This document shows positions 52,972-59,646 of a DNA stretch of 64,000 nucleotides, one piece after another. Every line of letters starts with the position of its first letter. Within the stretch, counting starts at the first letter, position 1. The DNA is taken from sequence record PV764938.1; one strand, given 5' to 3'. Both the position numbers and the translations under genes were made by a program. The notes under the pieces were generated by a model. That model had not been told where the DNA came from. It saw only the letters and a program-made list of their open reading frames with translations, and did not search any database.

Positions 52972-53286
52972 ATGACACTTGATGAACAGATCCGAAATGC
53001 AATCGTTAATCACCAGCGCATGGTTATCCTATATAAGGACGCCAATGATGATGCTCCGGTGGAACGCACGTTCGATGCTTGGACCTACGGGGAAGCATTG
53101 CTCGCAACTGGTACCAAGCAAGCGATGATCGGCGGCAAGTTCGTCGGTGAGCATGTCGCACGTATCAAGTTTGATCGCATTTCGAGCGTCAAGGCTGTTC
53201 TCACGGAATCGTCTGAGGGTCCGGTTGCTCCGCAGCCTGGCAGCAAGAAGAGCTGGAACTGGGAAACAGTTTACGCTCAATGGTAA
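52972..53286 (+). CDS. WYL-domain-like protein
   Basis: IRNAI...RMVILYK...ERTFDAWTYG...RIKFDRI follows the WYL pattern; AAGGAG RBS. Confidence 0.6.
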   Translation: MTLDEQIRNAIVNHQRMVILYKDANDDAPVERTFDAWTYGEALLATGTKQAMIGGKFVGEHVARIKFDRISSVKAVLTESSEGPVAPQPGSKKSWNWETVYAQW

Positions 53287-53308
53287 TACCGGGGCTTCGG
53301 CCCCAAAT

Positions 53309-53382
53309 GGTTCATTGGTGAATGGGTATCACACTAGTCTGTCTAACTGGAATAGCGGGTTCGAGCCCCGCATGAATCGCCA
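53309..53382 (+). tRNA. tRNA-Asp(GTC)
   Basis: CTAGT-CTGTCTA-ACTGG; G-CCA. Confidence 0.92.
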
Positions 53383-53400
53383 ACTTTCTTCCTAAATCGG

Positions 53401-53461
53401 TTGACTACTTCCTGAATTCCTATAATATGGGAATACAACGGAAACACGGAGATCGAACATG
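53401..53461 (+). promoter_or_regulatory. promoter plus conserved RBS cassette
   Basis: TTGACT...TATAATAT; GGAGATCGAACATG. Confidence 0.7.
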
Positions 53462-53701
53462 TCGAAGAAGCTTTTTGGACTTACGGTAACTGAACAGGCC
53501 GCCCTGCGTTACGCTTTTCTCAACAAGCCCACTGGTCTGTTTATCTACAGCCCGACCGGTAATGCAAAGGCGATGGTTCGCAAACTGACGGAAAAGGGCC
53601 TGATGTACCGGACCAAGTTTGGTCAGAACGGTCTGACGGCCGCTGCAATCGAGCTTCGCTCGAAGCTCCTGGAAATTCAGCCGCGCTATATGCCGGCATA
53701 A
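53459..53701 (+). CDS. small hypothetical protein (possible winged helix)
   Basis: 80 aa; KAMVRKLTEKGL...GLTAAA. Confidence 0.7.
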   Translation: MSKKLFGLTVTEQAALRYAFLNKPTGLFIYSPTGNAKAMVRKLTEKGLMYRTKFGQNGLTAAAIELRSKLLEIQPRYMPA

Positions 53702-53778
53702 CAGGGTATAAGGAAGTCTGGTTATCCGGTCACCCTCGGATGGTGGCAACGCTGGTTCAAATCCAGCTACCCTGACCA
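53702..53778 (+). tRNA. tRNA-Pro(CGG)
   Basis: CACC-CTCGGAT-GGTG; CAGGGTA/TACCCTG-A-CCA. Confidence 0.9.
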
Positions 53779-53791
53779 ATTACAAAGAAAC

Positions 53792-53886
53792 GGCAGGACC
53801 CCGGACTATCCGCGGTAACATTGTCCTGAGTCGGCGTACTGAACAGGAACTGATCATTCCCAGTTTAAGTGCCTGTCCTGCCACCA
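53792..53886 (+). ncRNA. 95-nt CCA-ended tRNA-like RNA with non-canonical arms
   Basis: GGCAGGAC/GTCCTGCC-A-CCA; arms TCCTG/CAGGA and AACTG/CAGTT; no TTCG T loop and no 7-nt anticodon loop. Confidence 0.55.
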
Positions 53887-53890
53887 ATTT

Positions 53891-53968
53891 CAGGGTATAG
53901 CTCAGCCTGGTGAGAGTGCTACGTCGGGAACGTAGAGGCCGCTGGTTCAAATCCAGCTATCCTGACCA
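53891..53968 (+). tRNA. tRNA-Pro(GGG)
   Basis: CTACG-TCGGGAA-CGTAG (C33); A-CCA. Confidence 0.88.
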
Positions 53969-54018
53969 AGACCAATAACTATGACGCATGTTACATGCGC
54001 GTTAGTTAGTACGAATAT

Positions 54019-54096
54019 GGACTGGTAGCTCAATTGGTCTAGAGCATCCGACTCTTAATCGGAGGGTTGTGGGTTCGAGTCCCACCCGGTCTACCA
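54019..54096 (+). tRNA. tRNA-Lys(CTT)
   Basis: TCCGA-CTCTTAA-TCGGA; A-CCA. Confidence 0.94.
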
Positions 54097-54146
54097 ACAT
54101 ACTCGGTTTGTAAATAGTGGACACTTTTACAAACCCGGGTAGCCGT

Positions 54147-55250
54147 ATGACACGTCGTAGCAATCTTCTCCGTAGAATCGGAATTAGTAGTTCTGGATCG
54201 AAATTTGGTCCACCGGCTTGGTCTCTTCCAACCGGTGTAGCACCGGATCCCAATAAGATTGCTATCACAGCGGGAACCGGATATGCGGGTTCCACATATA
54301 CTGCGAATTTCGCAACTGGCGGACAATGGTTCGCTGATGGTGTTGCTATTTCCGGTGCAACTGCTCTGACCTATACGATGACAGTCGCCAATGAGGGCAA
54401 AGTCATAACGTATCGTCGAAGCGGCGTTATTTCAAATAGCATTCAAATGTGGTTGTATCCGATGTTGGGAACAACACTCAAATGTTGGTACGACGCAGCT
54501 CTCACAACATCGTTCTCGTATCAATCGGGTATAAACATTTCGAGTTGGGCAAATCGTGTAAGTGGCGCTGTGGCAGCGACGCAGAACACAACTAACAAGT
54601 ATCCGCAATTCACAACTAACGGTCTCCAGAGCGGTTACAACGCTGTTGTTGCCAACGGTACGTTCCAGCAGTTTACAATGGCTTCGGGCTTTGCTCTTGG
54701 TGATCAAACAACGCTTTGCGTTATGAAAACCTCAGACACAAAGACAACCTCTGCAACTAGCTGGTGGGGTAGCCCTGGTATTTGGGGTGACGAAATCAGT
54801 GGTTTCCCTAACGATTTTGCATGGGGGTTCCAAGCTGGTTACCCAATGTTTGGTGCATCCAATACTAAGTTCACATCGACGACAAGGATGGTCGCAGATG
54901 GTCAACCGATGCTGCTGGGTTATACTCGAACCAATACAACGGGTTTGATTAACAACTACTATAATGGTAGTTTCCTGGACTCCGGGACAACGGCCGGTGG
55001 AACTCGTGTTATCAATAACGGAACAACTTCGTTGTTCAATAGTAACTCGATGAACAACGTTGCATCGGGTAATGCCGCATATTTGAGTGCAGCGATTTCG
55101 GATTTCATAATTTTCGACACTGTGCTCAAAGATTCCGATCTTCGCCAAGTTGAAGGTTGCGCTGCATGGCGTTGGGGTCTGCAAAGCAAGCTTCCGGTGG
55201 ATCATCCTTATAGGAATGGTCCTCCAGGTTTTCTTGTAGAAGCTGCTTGA
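54147..55250 (+). CDS. probable virion-surface / tail-fibre-type protein (Ig-like plus LamG/concanavalin-like region)
   Basis: G/T/S/N-rich beta protein; GQWFADGVAISGATALTYT; WYDAA; EGCAAWRWGLQSKLPVDHPY; TAAATA upstream. Confidence 0.7.
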   Translation: MTRRSNLLRRIGISSSGSKFGPPAWSLPTGVAPDPNKIAITAGTGYAGSTYTANFATGGQWFADGVAISGATALTYTMTVANEGKVITYRRSGVISNSIQMWLYPMLGTTLKCWYDAALTTSFSYQSGINISSWANRVSGAVAATQNTTNKYPQFTTNGLQSGYNAVVANGTFQQFTMASGFALGDQTTLCVMKTSDTKTTSATSWWGSPGIWGDEISGFPNDFAWGFQAGYPMFGASNTKFTSTTRMVADGQPMLLGYTRTNTTGLINNYYNGSFLDSGTTAGGTRVINNGTTSLFNSNSMNNVASGNAAYLSAAISDFIIFDTVLKDSDLRQVEGCAAWRWGLQSKLPVDHPYRNGPPGFLVEAA

Positions 55251-55274
55251 CATTAATGGAATTGGTGTTAGAAA
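55247..55274 (+). promoter_or_regulatory. sigma70-type promoter
   Basis: TTGACA-N14-GT-TAGAAA. Confidence 0.6.
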
Positions 55275-55277
55275 CAA

Positions 55278-55495
55278 ACTGCATCGGACGGAAAGTTCGG
55301 TGCAAAGGACTGTATATGCCAGGCGATCTTATCGGACAGGGACGTAATTAACCCCGGGTCCAATTGAGGTAGTTTAAAGGTAAAACGCAGACGGTGACCA
55401 GGGTTCGATCCCCTGGGCGGGCGCTTGCCCGCTACGGTGAAGCCGGAGAGATGCAAGTTTCGAAATCTTGCTCCGATCATAGGATCGTCTGGCGT
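55278..55495 (+). ncRNA. candidate ~220-nt multi-hairpin RNA containing D-arm and T-arm modules
   Basis: TGCATCGGAC/GTTCGGTGCA; D-arm-like TAGTTTAAAGGTAAAAC; CCAGGG-TTCGATC-CCCTGG; CGGGC/GCCCG; GCAAG/CTTGC; CAGACG/CGTCTG. Confidence 0.5.
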
Positions 55496-55508
55496 ATATA
55501 GTTCAAAT

Positions 55509-55586
55509 GGGTGTATGCCTGGAAGTGGGAATCAGGGCTGGCTCTTAACCAGCGACATGTCGGTTCGATCCCGACTGCACTCACCA
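55509..55586 (+). tRNA. tRNA-Lys(CTT)
   Basis: GCTGG-CTCTTAA-CCAGC; A-CCA. Confidence 0.88.
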
Positions 55587-55596
55587 AACGTTTTAT

Positions 55597-55677
55597 GGGC
55601 CGGCTACAAGTGGCTGGTAGAGGGCGTGGCCTTCGGGGCGCTCTTGCGGAGGGACACGCGCTCCGTCTGGTCCACCA
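55597..55677 (+). ncRNA. anticodon-less tRNA mimic with Ala identity elements
   Basis: GGGCCGG/CTGGTCC-A-CCA with G3:U70; CTAC/GTAG D stem; AGGGCG/CGCTCT arm capped by CC-TTCG-GG; GCGGAG/CTCCGT T-like stem. Confidence 0.65.
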
Positions 55678-55740
55678 AATTTCCAAACTTTTCAAATCCT
55701 AGCATTCAGTTGCTAGGCTAAACCGGTTAAGCAACCAAAT

Positions 55741-55816
55741 GGGTGTGTGGCCGAGCGGTTTAGGGACCGGCCTTTTAAGCCGGGCAACGTGGGTTCGAAT
55801 CCCACCGCACCCACCA
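55741..55816 (+). tRNA. tRNA-Lys(TTT)
   Basis: CCGGC-CTTTTAA-GCCGG; A-CCA. Confidence 0.93.
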
Positions 55817-55821
55817 TTTAT

Positions 55822-55895
55822 GTTCGGGTAGGCTAATGTAAAGCCGCTCCCACGAAAGGGAGTGATTGTTGGGTCAAAACCAACCCTGAACACCA
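55822..55895 (+). pseudogene. tRNA-like RNA with 6-nt ACGAAA anticodon loop
   Basis: GTTCGGG/CCTGAAC-A-CCA; CTCCC-ACGAAA-GGGAG; T loop GTCAAAA. Confidence 0.6.
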
Positions 55896-55896
55896 T

Positions 55897-55973
55897 GTCC
55901 TTGTAGCCCAATTGGTAGAGGTACCAGACCGAGATTCTGGGGGTTGTGGGTTCGAATCCCACCTAGGACACCA
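55897..55973 (+). tRNA. tRNA-Leu(GAG), short variable loop, C33
   Basis: CCAGA-CCGAGAT-TCTGG; A-CCA. Confidence 0.8.
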
Positions 55974-55988
55974 AACGATGTGTTTAGT

Positions 55989-56064
55989 CAGGGTAGACGT
56001 AGGGCAAGATTACTACTACCCTTGGAAGGTAGTGAACCCGGGGCGGCGCCGGGTACCCTGACTA
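55989..56064 (+). pseudogene. degenerate tRNA-Pro(TGG)-like RNA inside a 12-bp extended stem
   Basis: CAGGGTA/TACCCTG-A-CTA; CTACC-CTTGGAA-GGTAG; CCCGG/CCGGG T stem with loop GGCGGCG. Confidence 0.6.
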
Positions 56065-56077
56065 AGCACATCAATAT

Positions 56078-56155
56078 GCCCGTGTAGTCCAACCAGGTAG
56101 AGGCGCCGGATTCAAATCCCGGATGTTGTCGGTTCGAGTCCGACCATGGGTACCA
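56078..56155 (+). tRNA. tRNA-Leu(CAA), short variable loop
   Basis: CCGG(A)-TTCAAAT-(C)CCGG; A-CCA. Confidence 0.87.
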
Positions 56156-56163
56156 AATTATAT

Positions 56164-56238
56164 GCTCCTATCGAATAGCGGTCAGTTCGCTACCCTCTCA
56201 AGGTAGAAACACGGGTTCGAATCCCGTTAGGAGTACCA
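56164..56238 (+). tRNA. tRNA-Glu(CTC)
   Basis: CTACC-CTCTCAA-GGTAG; CCA. Confidence 0.92.
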
Positions 56239-56293
56239 ATTATTGACTTCCTGGATTTCCCGGCACTAAAATGCTAGGAAAAACAAGGAGTTA

Positions 56294-56710
56294 GTGATGA
56301 AGCTTGAGGACAAATACGCAGGTGCAATGGGATCCGTTGAGGAGTTCGATTTCGAACACTTTGTTGAGGGTTCCCTGAGAAACCTGATGAAGGATGATGA
56401 TCTTCGTTCGTTCCGTTACGAAGAGGTTATTCTCCGTCCTCGCCATCTGATCATGCTTTGGGAAACACTTCGGACCGCGAAGGCCGAGCTATTCACGGCT
56501 CGTGCACCAATTGTGGTATTCGATGGTCAAAGCTACGAGATCCGATCCATTGCTACCGACACATTCGAGGATCTTCTCAAATACGTTGAGGATCTCACAC
56601 AGAGCAATTCGCGCGTGCTGTTGTACTCGGTCATGCGTAACGGCTTTGTTGACCCCAATACATTTGAGGGTCAAACCCGATACAAAGTCCGTTTCGGTAT
56701 CATCTCTTAA
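56294..56710 (+). CDS. hypothetical protein
   Basis: 138 aa, AAGGAG RBS, TTGACT promoter upstream. Confidence 0.75.
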   Translation: MMKLEDKYAGAMGSVEEFDFEHFVEGSLRNLMKDDDLRSFRYEEVILRPRHLIMLWETLRTAKAELFTARAPIVVFDGQSYEIRSIATDTFEDLLKYVEDLTQSNSRVLLYSVMRNGFVDPNTFEGQTRYKVRFGIIS

Positions 56711-56712
56711 AT

Positions 56713-56786
56713 GCCCATATAGCTCAGTGATAGAGCAACGCTTTCGTACAGCGAAGACTTGGGTTTGATTCCCAGTGTGGGCTCCA
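56713..56786 (+). tRNA. tRNA-Thr(CGT)
   Basis: CGCT-TTCGTAC-AGCG; GCCCATA/TGTGGGC-T-CCA. Confidence 0.85.
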
Positions 56787-56787
56787 T

Positions 56788-56862
56788 GCTCCTATAGTTC
56801 TAGTGGTAAAACAATCCTTTGGTAGGGGACAGTTGGTGGTTCGATTCCACCTAGGAGCACCA
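56788..56862 (+). tRNA. tRNA-Thr(GGT)
   Basis: TCCT-TTGGTAG-GGGA; GCTCCTA/TAGGAGC-A-CCA. Confidence 0.88.
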
Positions 56863-56867
56863 ATTGC

Positions 56868-56921
56868 TTGACACTTTGGTTGCCTGTGTTAGTCTAAGAC
56901 GATAACAGGAGATCGAACATG
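56868..56921 (+). promoter_or_regulatory. promoter plus conserved RBS cassette
   Basis: TTGACA-N14-GT-TAGTCT; GGAGATCGAACATG. Confidence 0.7.
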
Positions 56922-57185
56922 AAGGCAACTGTTTTTTATTGGCTCAAGAAGCCATGCGACGACGCCCTACTCGACAAGGCCTACGACAATGGTCTTGTTG
57001 ATCCCGATTGGGTTAAGAAGGGCGGCCGCACATTCGTCGAATTCAACCGCGAAGGTGAAACTGTCGACGAAATCGTAGCTGGCTGTAAAGCTGATCTCGA
57101 AAAGCACGGCATCGGATTCAAAGACAAGGTTTACGTCTTGGAAATTGATGGTGTGCGGCAAAACGTGGATCCACGCTACTCGTAA
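56919..57185 (+). CDS. small hypothetical protein
   Basis: 88 aa, strong RBS. Confidence 0.75.
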   Translation: MKATVFYWLKKPCDDALLDKAYDNGLVDPDWVKKGGRTFVEFNREGETVDEIVAGCKADLEKHGIGFKDKVYVLEIDGVRQNVDPRYS

Positions 57186-57191
57186 TTTTAT

Positions 57192-57265
57192 GCCCGTGTA
57201 GTTCAATGGTAGAACGCTTGGTTGTGGCCCAGGAGACGTAGGTTCAATTCCTACCGCAGGTACCA
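57192..57265 (+). tRNA. tRNA-His(GTG) lacking G-1, with U72/A73
   Basis: CTTGG-TTGTGGC-CCAGG; base -1 is T; 3' end CGCAGGT-A-CCA. Confidence 0.88.
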
Positions 57266-57283
57266 AATCAGAAGGATCCCGTA

Positions 57284-57820
57284 GTGGATTACGTGAAGAA
57301 ACTAAAAGAAGCACAGGACACCGGAGGCGCAAAAGCTGTCTGCGGAACTGTGCTTCTTGTCATGCAGGGAATCAGTTCAGACAATGGACGGTTCAATCGG
57401 CAAAAGCTTGCTGGAACTCTCGAGAATGATGGCAACAGTGGGTTGCTCGCTGCTTTCGAGTTCTGCGAAATGCTCATGGCCAACACCATCTATTATTCGA
57501 TGCGTGATCGCTCCGATACTCCGTTGAAGCAGATCCGTTGGCTGACAGAGCTGTGCAAAATGCACAAGGACTACCACAGCAAAACAACGCCCGAATTCGT
57601 GTTTATGCTGGACGCCGTTGCCTATGCGATGAACGAGAACATCAAGGATTTCCTCGAGGTCATCGACAAGAAAGTTTCCAAGTTTGGATCCGAAAGCGTC
57701 GGCAGCAAGCACCAGGATAAGATCCACAAACTCGCACAATACTTGATTGAGTTTCAAATCGAAGGCGAACACGTCGAACAGTTGAAGCGACGGGCAATGA
57801 TCGCAAAGCTTGCCAAATAA
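57284..57820 (+). CDS. hypothetical protein, ends RAMIAKLAK
   Basis: 178 aa, AAGGA RBS. Confidence 0.75.
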   Translation: MDYVKKLKEAQDTGGAKAVCGTVLLVMQGISSDNGRFNRQKLAGTLENDGNSGLLAAFEFCEMLMANTIYYSMRDRSDTPLKQIRWLTELCKMHKDYHSKTTPEFVFMLDAVAYAMNENIKDFLEVIDKKVSKFGSESVGSKHQDKIHKLAQYLIEFQIEGEHVEQLKRRAMIAKLAK

Positions 57821-57871
57821 TATCGCAGTTTAGGAACTCCTTTGCTAGAATCAGTCAAAAGGAGTTCCTAT

Positions 57872-58285
57872 ATGCTTGAAGATCTATTTCTAAGGGGCTG
57901 GGTCGTACTTGTCGATCCTGGGGTCCCCCTTGAGGACCCCGCTGAGTATCTCGCGGAAAAATACTTGGGTATGTTCCCGTCCGCGGAACTTATCGAATGC
58001 ACTGAAAATTTCAAAGTCGCCGAATCAGATCGCATTGTGGAATGGCACAATGACTCTAAATTCGGTATGAACATTACTTTCCTCTATTACGTGGATGAGA
58101 TGTCCGAGAGCACAGGCGGTTCAATCAGCCTGCGTAACTTGGACACACAAGATGAAGCTAAGATTTATCCCAAGGCTCACCAACTAATCATCATGAGTCA
58201 GAAACCACATATTGAACATAGAGCAGAATACTGTAGTGTGCGACGTCACATGTTCAATATCGACTATAAGGTCAAGGGTTTCTGA
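57872..58285 (+). CDS. 2OG-Fe(II) oxygenase-family protein
   Basis: EWHNDS (H-x-D), ITFLYYV, GG, distal IEHRAE and R; AAGGAG RBS. Confidence 0.75.
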   Translation: MLEDLFLRGWVVLVDPGVPLEDPAEYLAEKYLGMFPSAELIECTENFKVAESDRIVEWHNDSKFGMNITFLYYVDEMSESTGGSISLRNLDTQDEAKIYPKAHQLIIMSQKPHIEHRAEYCSVRRHMFNIDYKVKGF

Positions 58286-59007
58286 TGTATCGGTTTGCGT
58301 TCTTTTTCTTTTTGTTCTTGGTTCTCTCAACCCCGCTGTGGGCTTGTGAGGTTACTGAACGCACTGGTGCTCCTCAGGTCCAGGTTCCCGGTATTTCAAT
58401 CTGCCGGACTGGATACGAGCTCCTCTACCGACCCGAATACAAGACAGCGTTTTGGTCTGCCGAGCATGTGACGGCGGATGAAGTTAAGGGAAAGTCCGAA
58501 CGTGAGGATGCCTTCCAAAGCGATCCACTCATTCCGGACCAGCTTGAGGCTCAACTATCCGACTATGCAAAGTCCGGTTATGCTCGTGGACATTTGGCTC
58601 CCGTCGGCAACTTCCGCGACGATCCCAAGGAAGCACAGGAAAGCTTCTACCTGACGAACATGGTTCCGCAGTGGCAGAAGTGTAACAATGCGGGCGTATG
58701 GTCGCAGATTGAACGAGTGGTTCGTGACTGGGCTGTTCACTATGGTGAGCTTTACGTGGTCACTGGCCCGATTTATCAGGGTCCAGTTCGGACAATCGGT
58801 CGCGGTGTTCGTGTACCGGACCAGCTGTTCAAGGTTATTTGGAATCCGCAGCTGAATGCAACGGTTGGCTTCGTTGTTCCGAATCTGCCCCTGTGCAAGA
58901 CCAAGCCCCGTGATTTCATGGTGAGTGTTGAGAACGTGGAGTTTCTCACTGGGATTAAATTCTTCCCTAAGGTGAAGGCGGAGTCTTTGGACCGCCTCTG
59001 GAACTAA
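58285..59007 (+). CDS. secreted DNA/RNA non-specific endonuclease (NucA/EndA family)
   Basis: Signal peptide; YARGHLAP, ESFYLTNMVPQ, NAGVWSQIE, YVVTGPI, VPDQLFKV. Confidence 0.92.
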   Translation: MYRFAFFFFLFLVLSTPLWACEVTERTGAPQVQVPGISICRTGYELLYRPEYKTAFWSAEHVTADEVKGKSEREDAFQSDPLIPDQLEAQLSDYAKSGYARGHLAPVGNFRDDPKEAQESFYLTNMVPQWQKCNNAGVWSQIERVVRDWAVHYGELYVVTGPIYQGPVRTIGRGVRVPDQLFKVIWNPQLNATVGFVVPNLPLCKTKPRDFMVSVENVEFLTGIKFFPKVKAESLDRLWN

Positions 59008-59294
59008 ACGCCCAGAAGCGGATCTTCTCCATAGCGGATTGCGAAGAATACAACAAATTCCTTCGCGTCCGCTGGGGTCAAGTTGAACCACTCTCCCTTG
59101 ACACGCTTGTAGCCGAGATCCAAATGGATTTTCTTCTCAAGCTTACGGACTTGCTTTGCAGCGATGGGTTCCTTGTGGTGGATAAACAATTCACCTGGAT
59201 AACCCGTTTGTAGGGTTTGAAGTCTCTTCTCTACGTTGCCGCTGAGTCCGATTTTTTGTGGGCCTTCTTTTGGGCCTATGACATAAATAAACAT
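59004..59294 (-). CDS. GIY-YIG / T5orf172-like protein
   Basis: FIYVIG...QKIGLSGNVEKRLQTLQTG...EKKIH...GEWF. Confidence 0.8.
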   Translation of the reverse strand: MFIYVIGPKEGPQKIGLSGNVEKRLQTLQTGYPGELFIHHKEPIAAKQVRKLEKKIHLDLGYKRVKGEWFNLTPADAKEFVVFFAIRYGEDPLLGV

Positions 59295-59355
59295 TGAAAT
59301 GCTCCGAAAGTTTCGCTAGTATAGCGGAAATTGGAATAGATTCCAATTTAGAAAT

Positions 59356-59431
59356 GGGTGATTAGCTCAGTTGGTAGAGCGCCGGCTCGACACGCCGTAG
59401 GTCACAGGTTCAAGTCCTGTATCACCCACCA
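59356..59431 (+). tRNA. tRNA-Val(GAC)
   Basis: CGGC-TCGACAC-GCCG; GGGTGAT/ATCACCC-A-CCA. Confidence 0.92.
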
Positions 59432-59505
59432 AACACACAACGGTCATCCAATCCTAACCGAATTGGGACGCATTCGTGGCAACCCTTTCAAGGTGTTGTG
59501 TGTTT
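59431..59505 (+). ncRNA. candidate 75-nt RNA closed by an 11-bp helix
   Basis: AAACACACAAC/GTTGTGTGTTT; internal TCCAAT/ATTGGG and CCT/AGG hairpins. Confidence 0.4.
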
Positions 59506-59508
59506 TAT

Positions 59509-59585
59509 GCACCTGTAACTCAGTGGACGAGAGTGTCACGCTTCGAACGTGAAAGTCGGGGGTTCGAATCCCTCCAGGTGCTCCA
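59509..59585 (+). tRNA. tRNA-Arg(TCG)
   Basis: TCACG-CTTCGAA-CGTGA; GCACCTG/CAGGTGC-T-CCA. Confidence 0.9.
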
Positions 59586-59646
59586 ATTGCTTGACAAATC
59601 CAAAAGACTCTGTAGGACTACAGGATAAAGGATTTGAGGATAAGCC

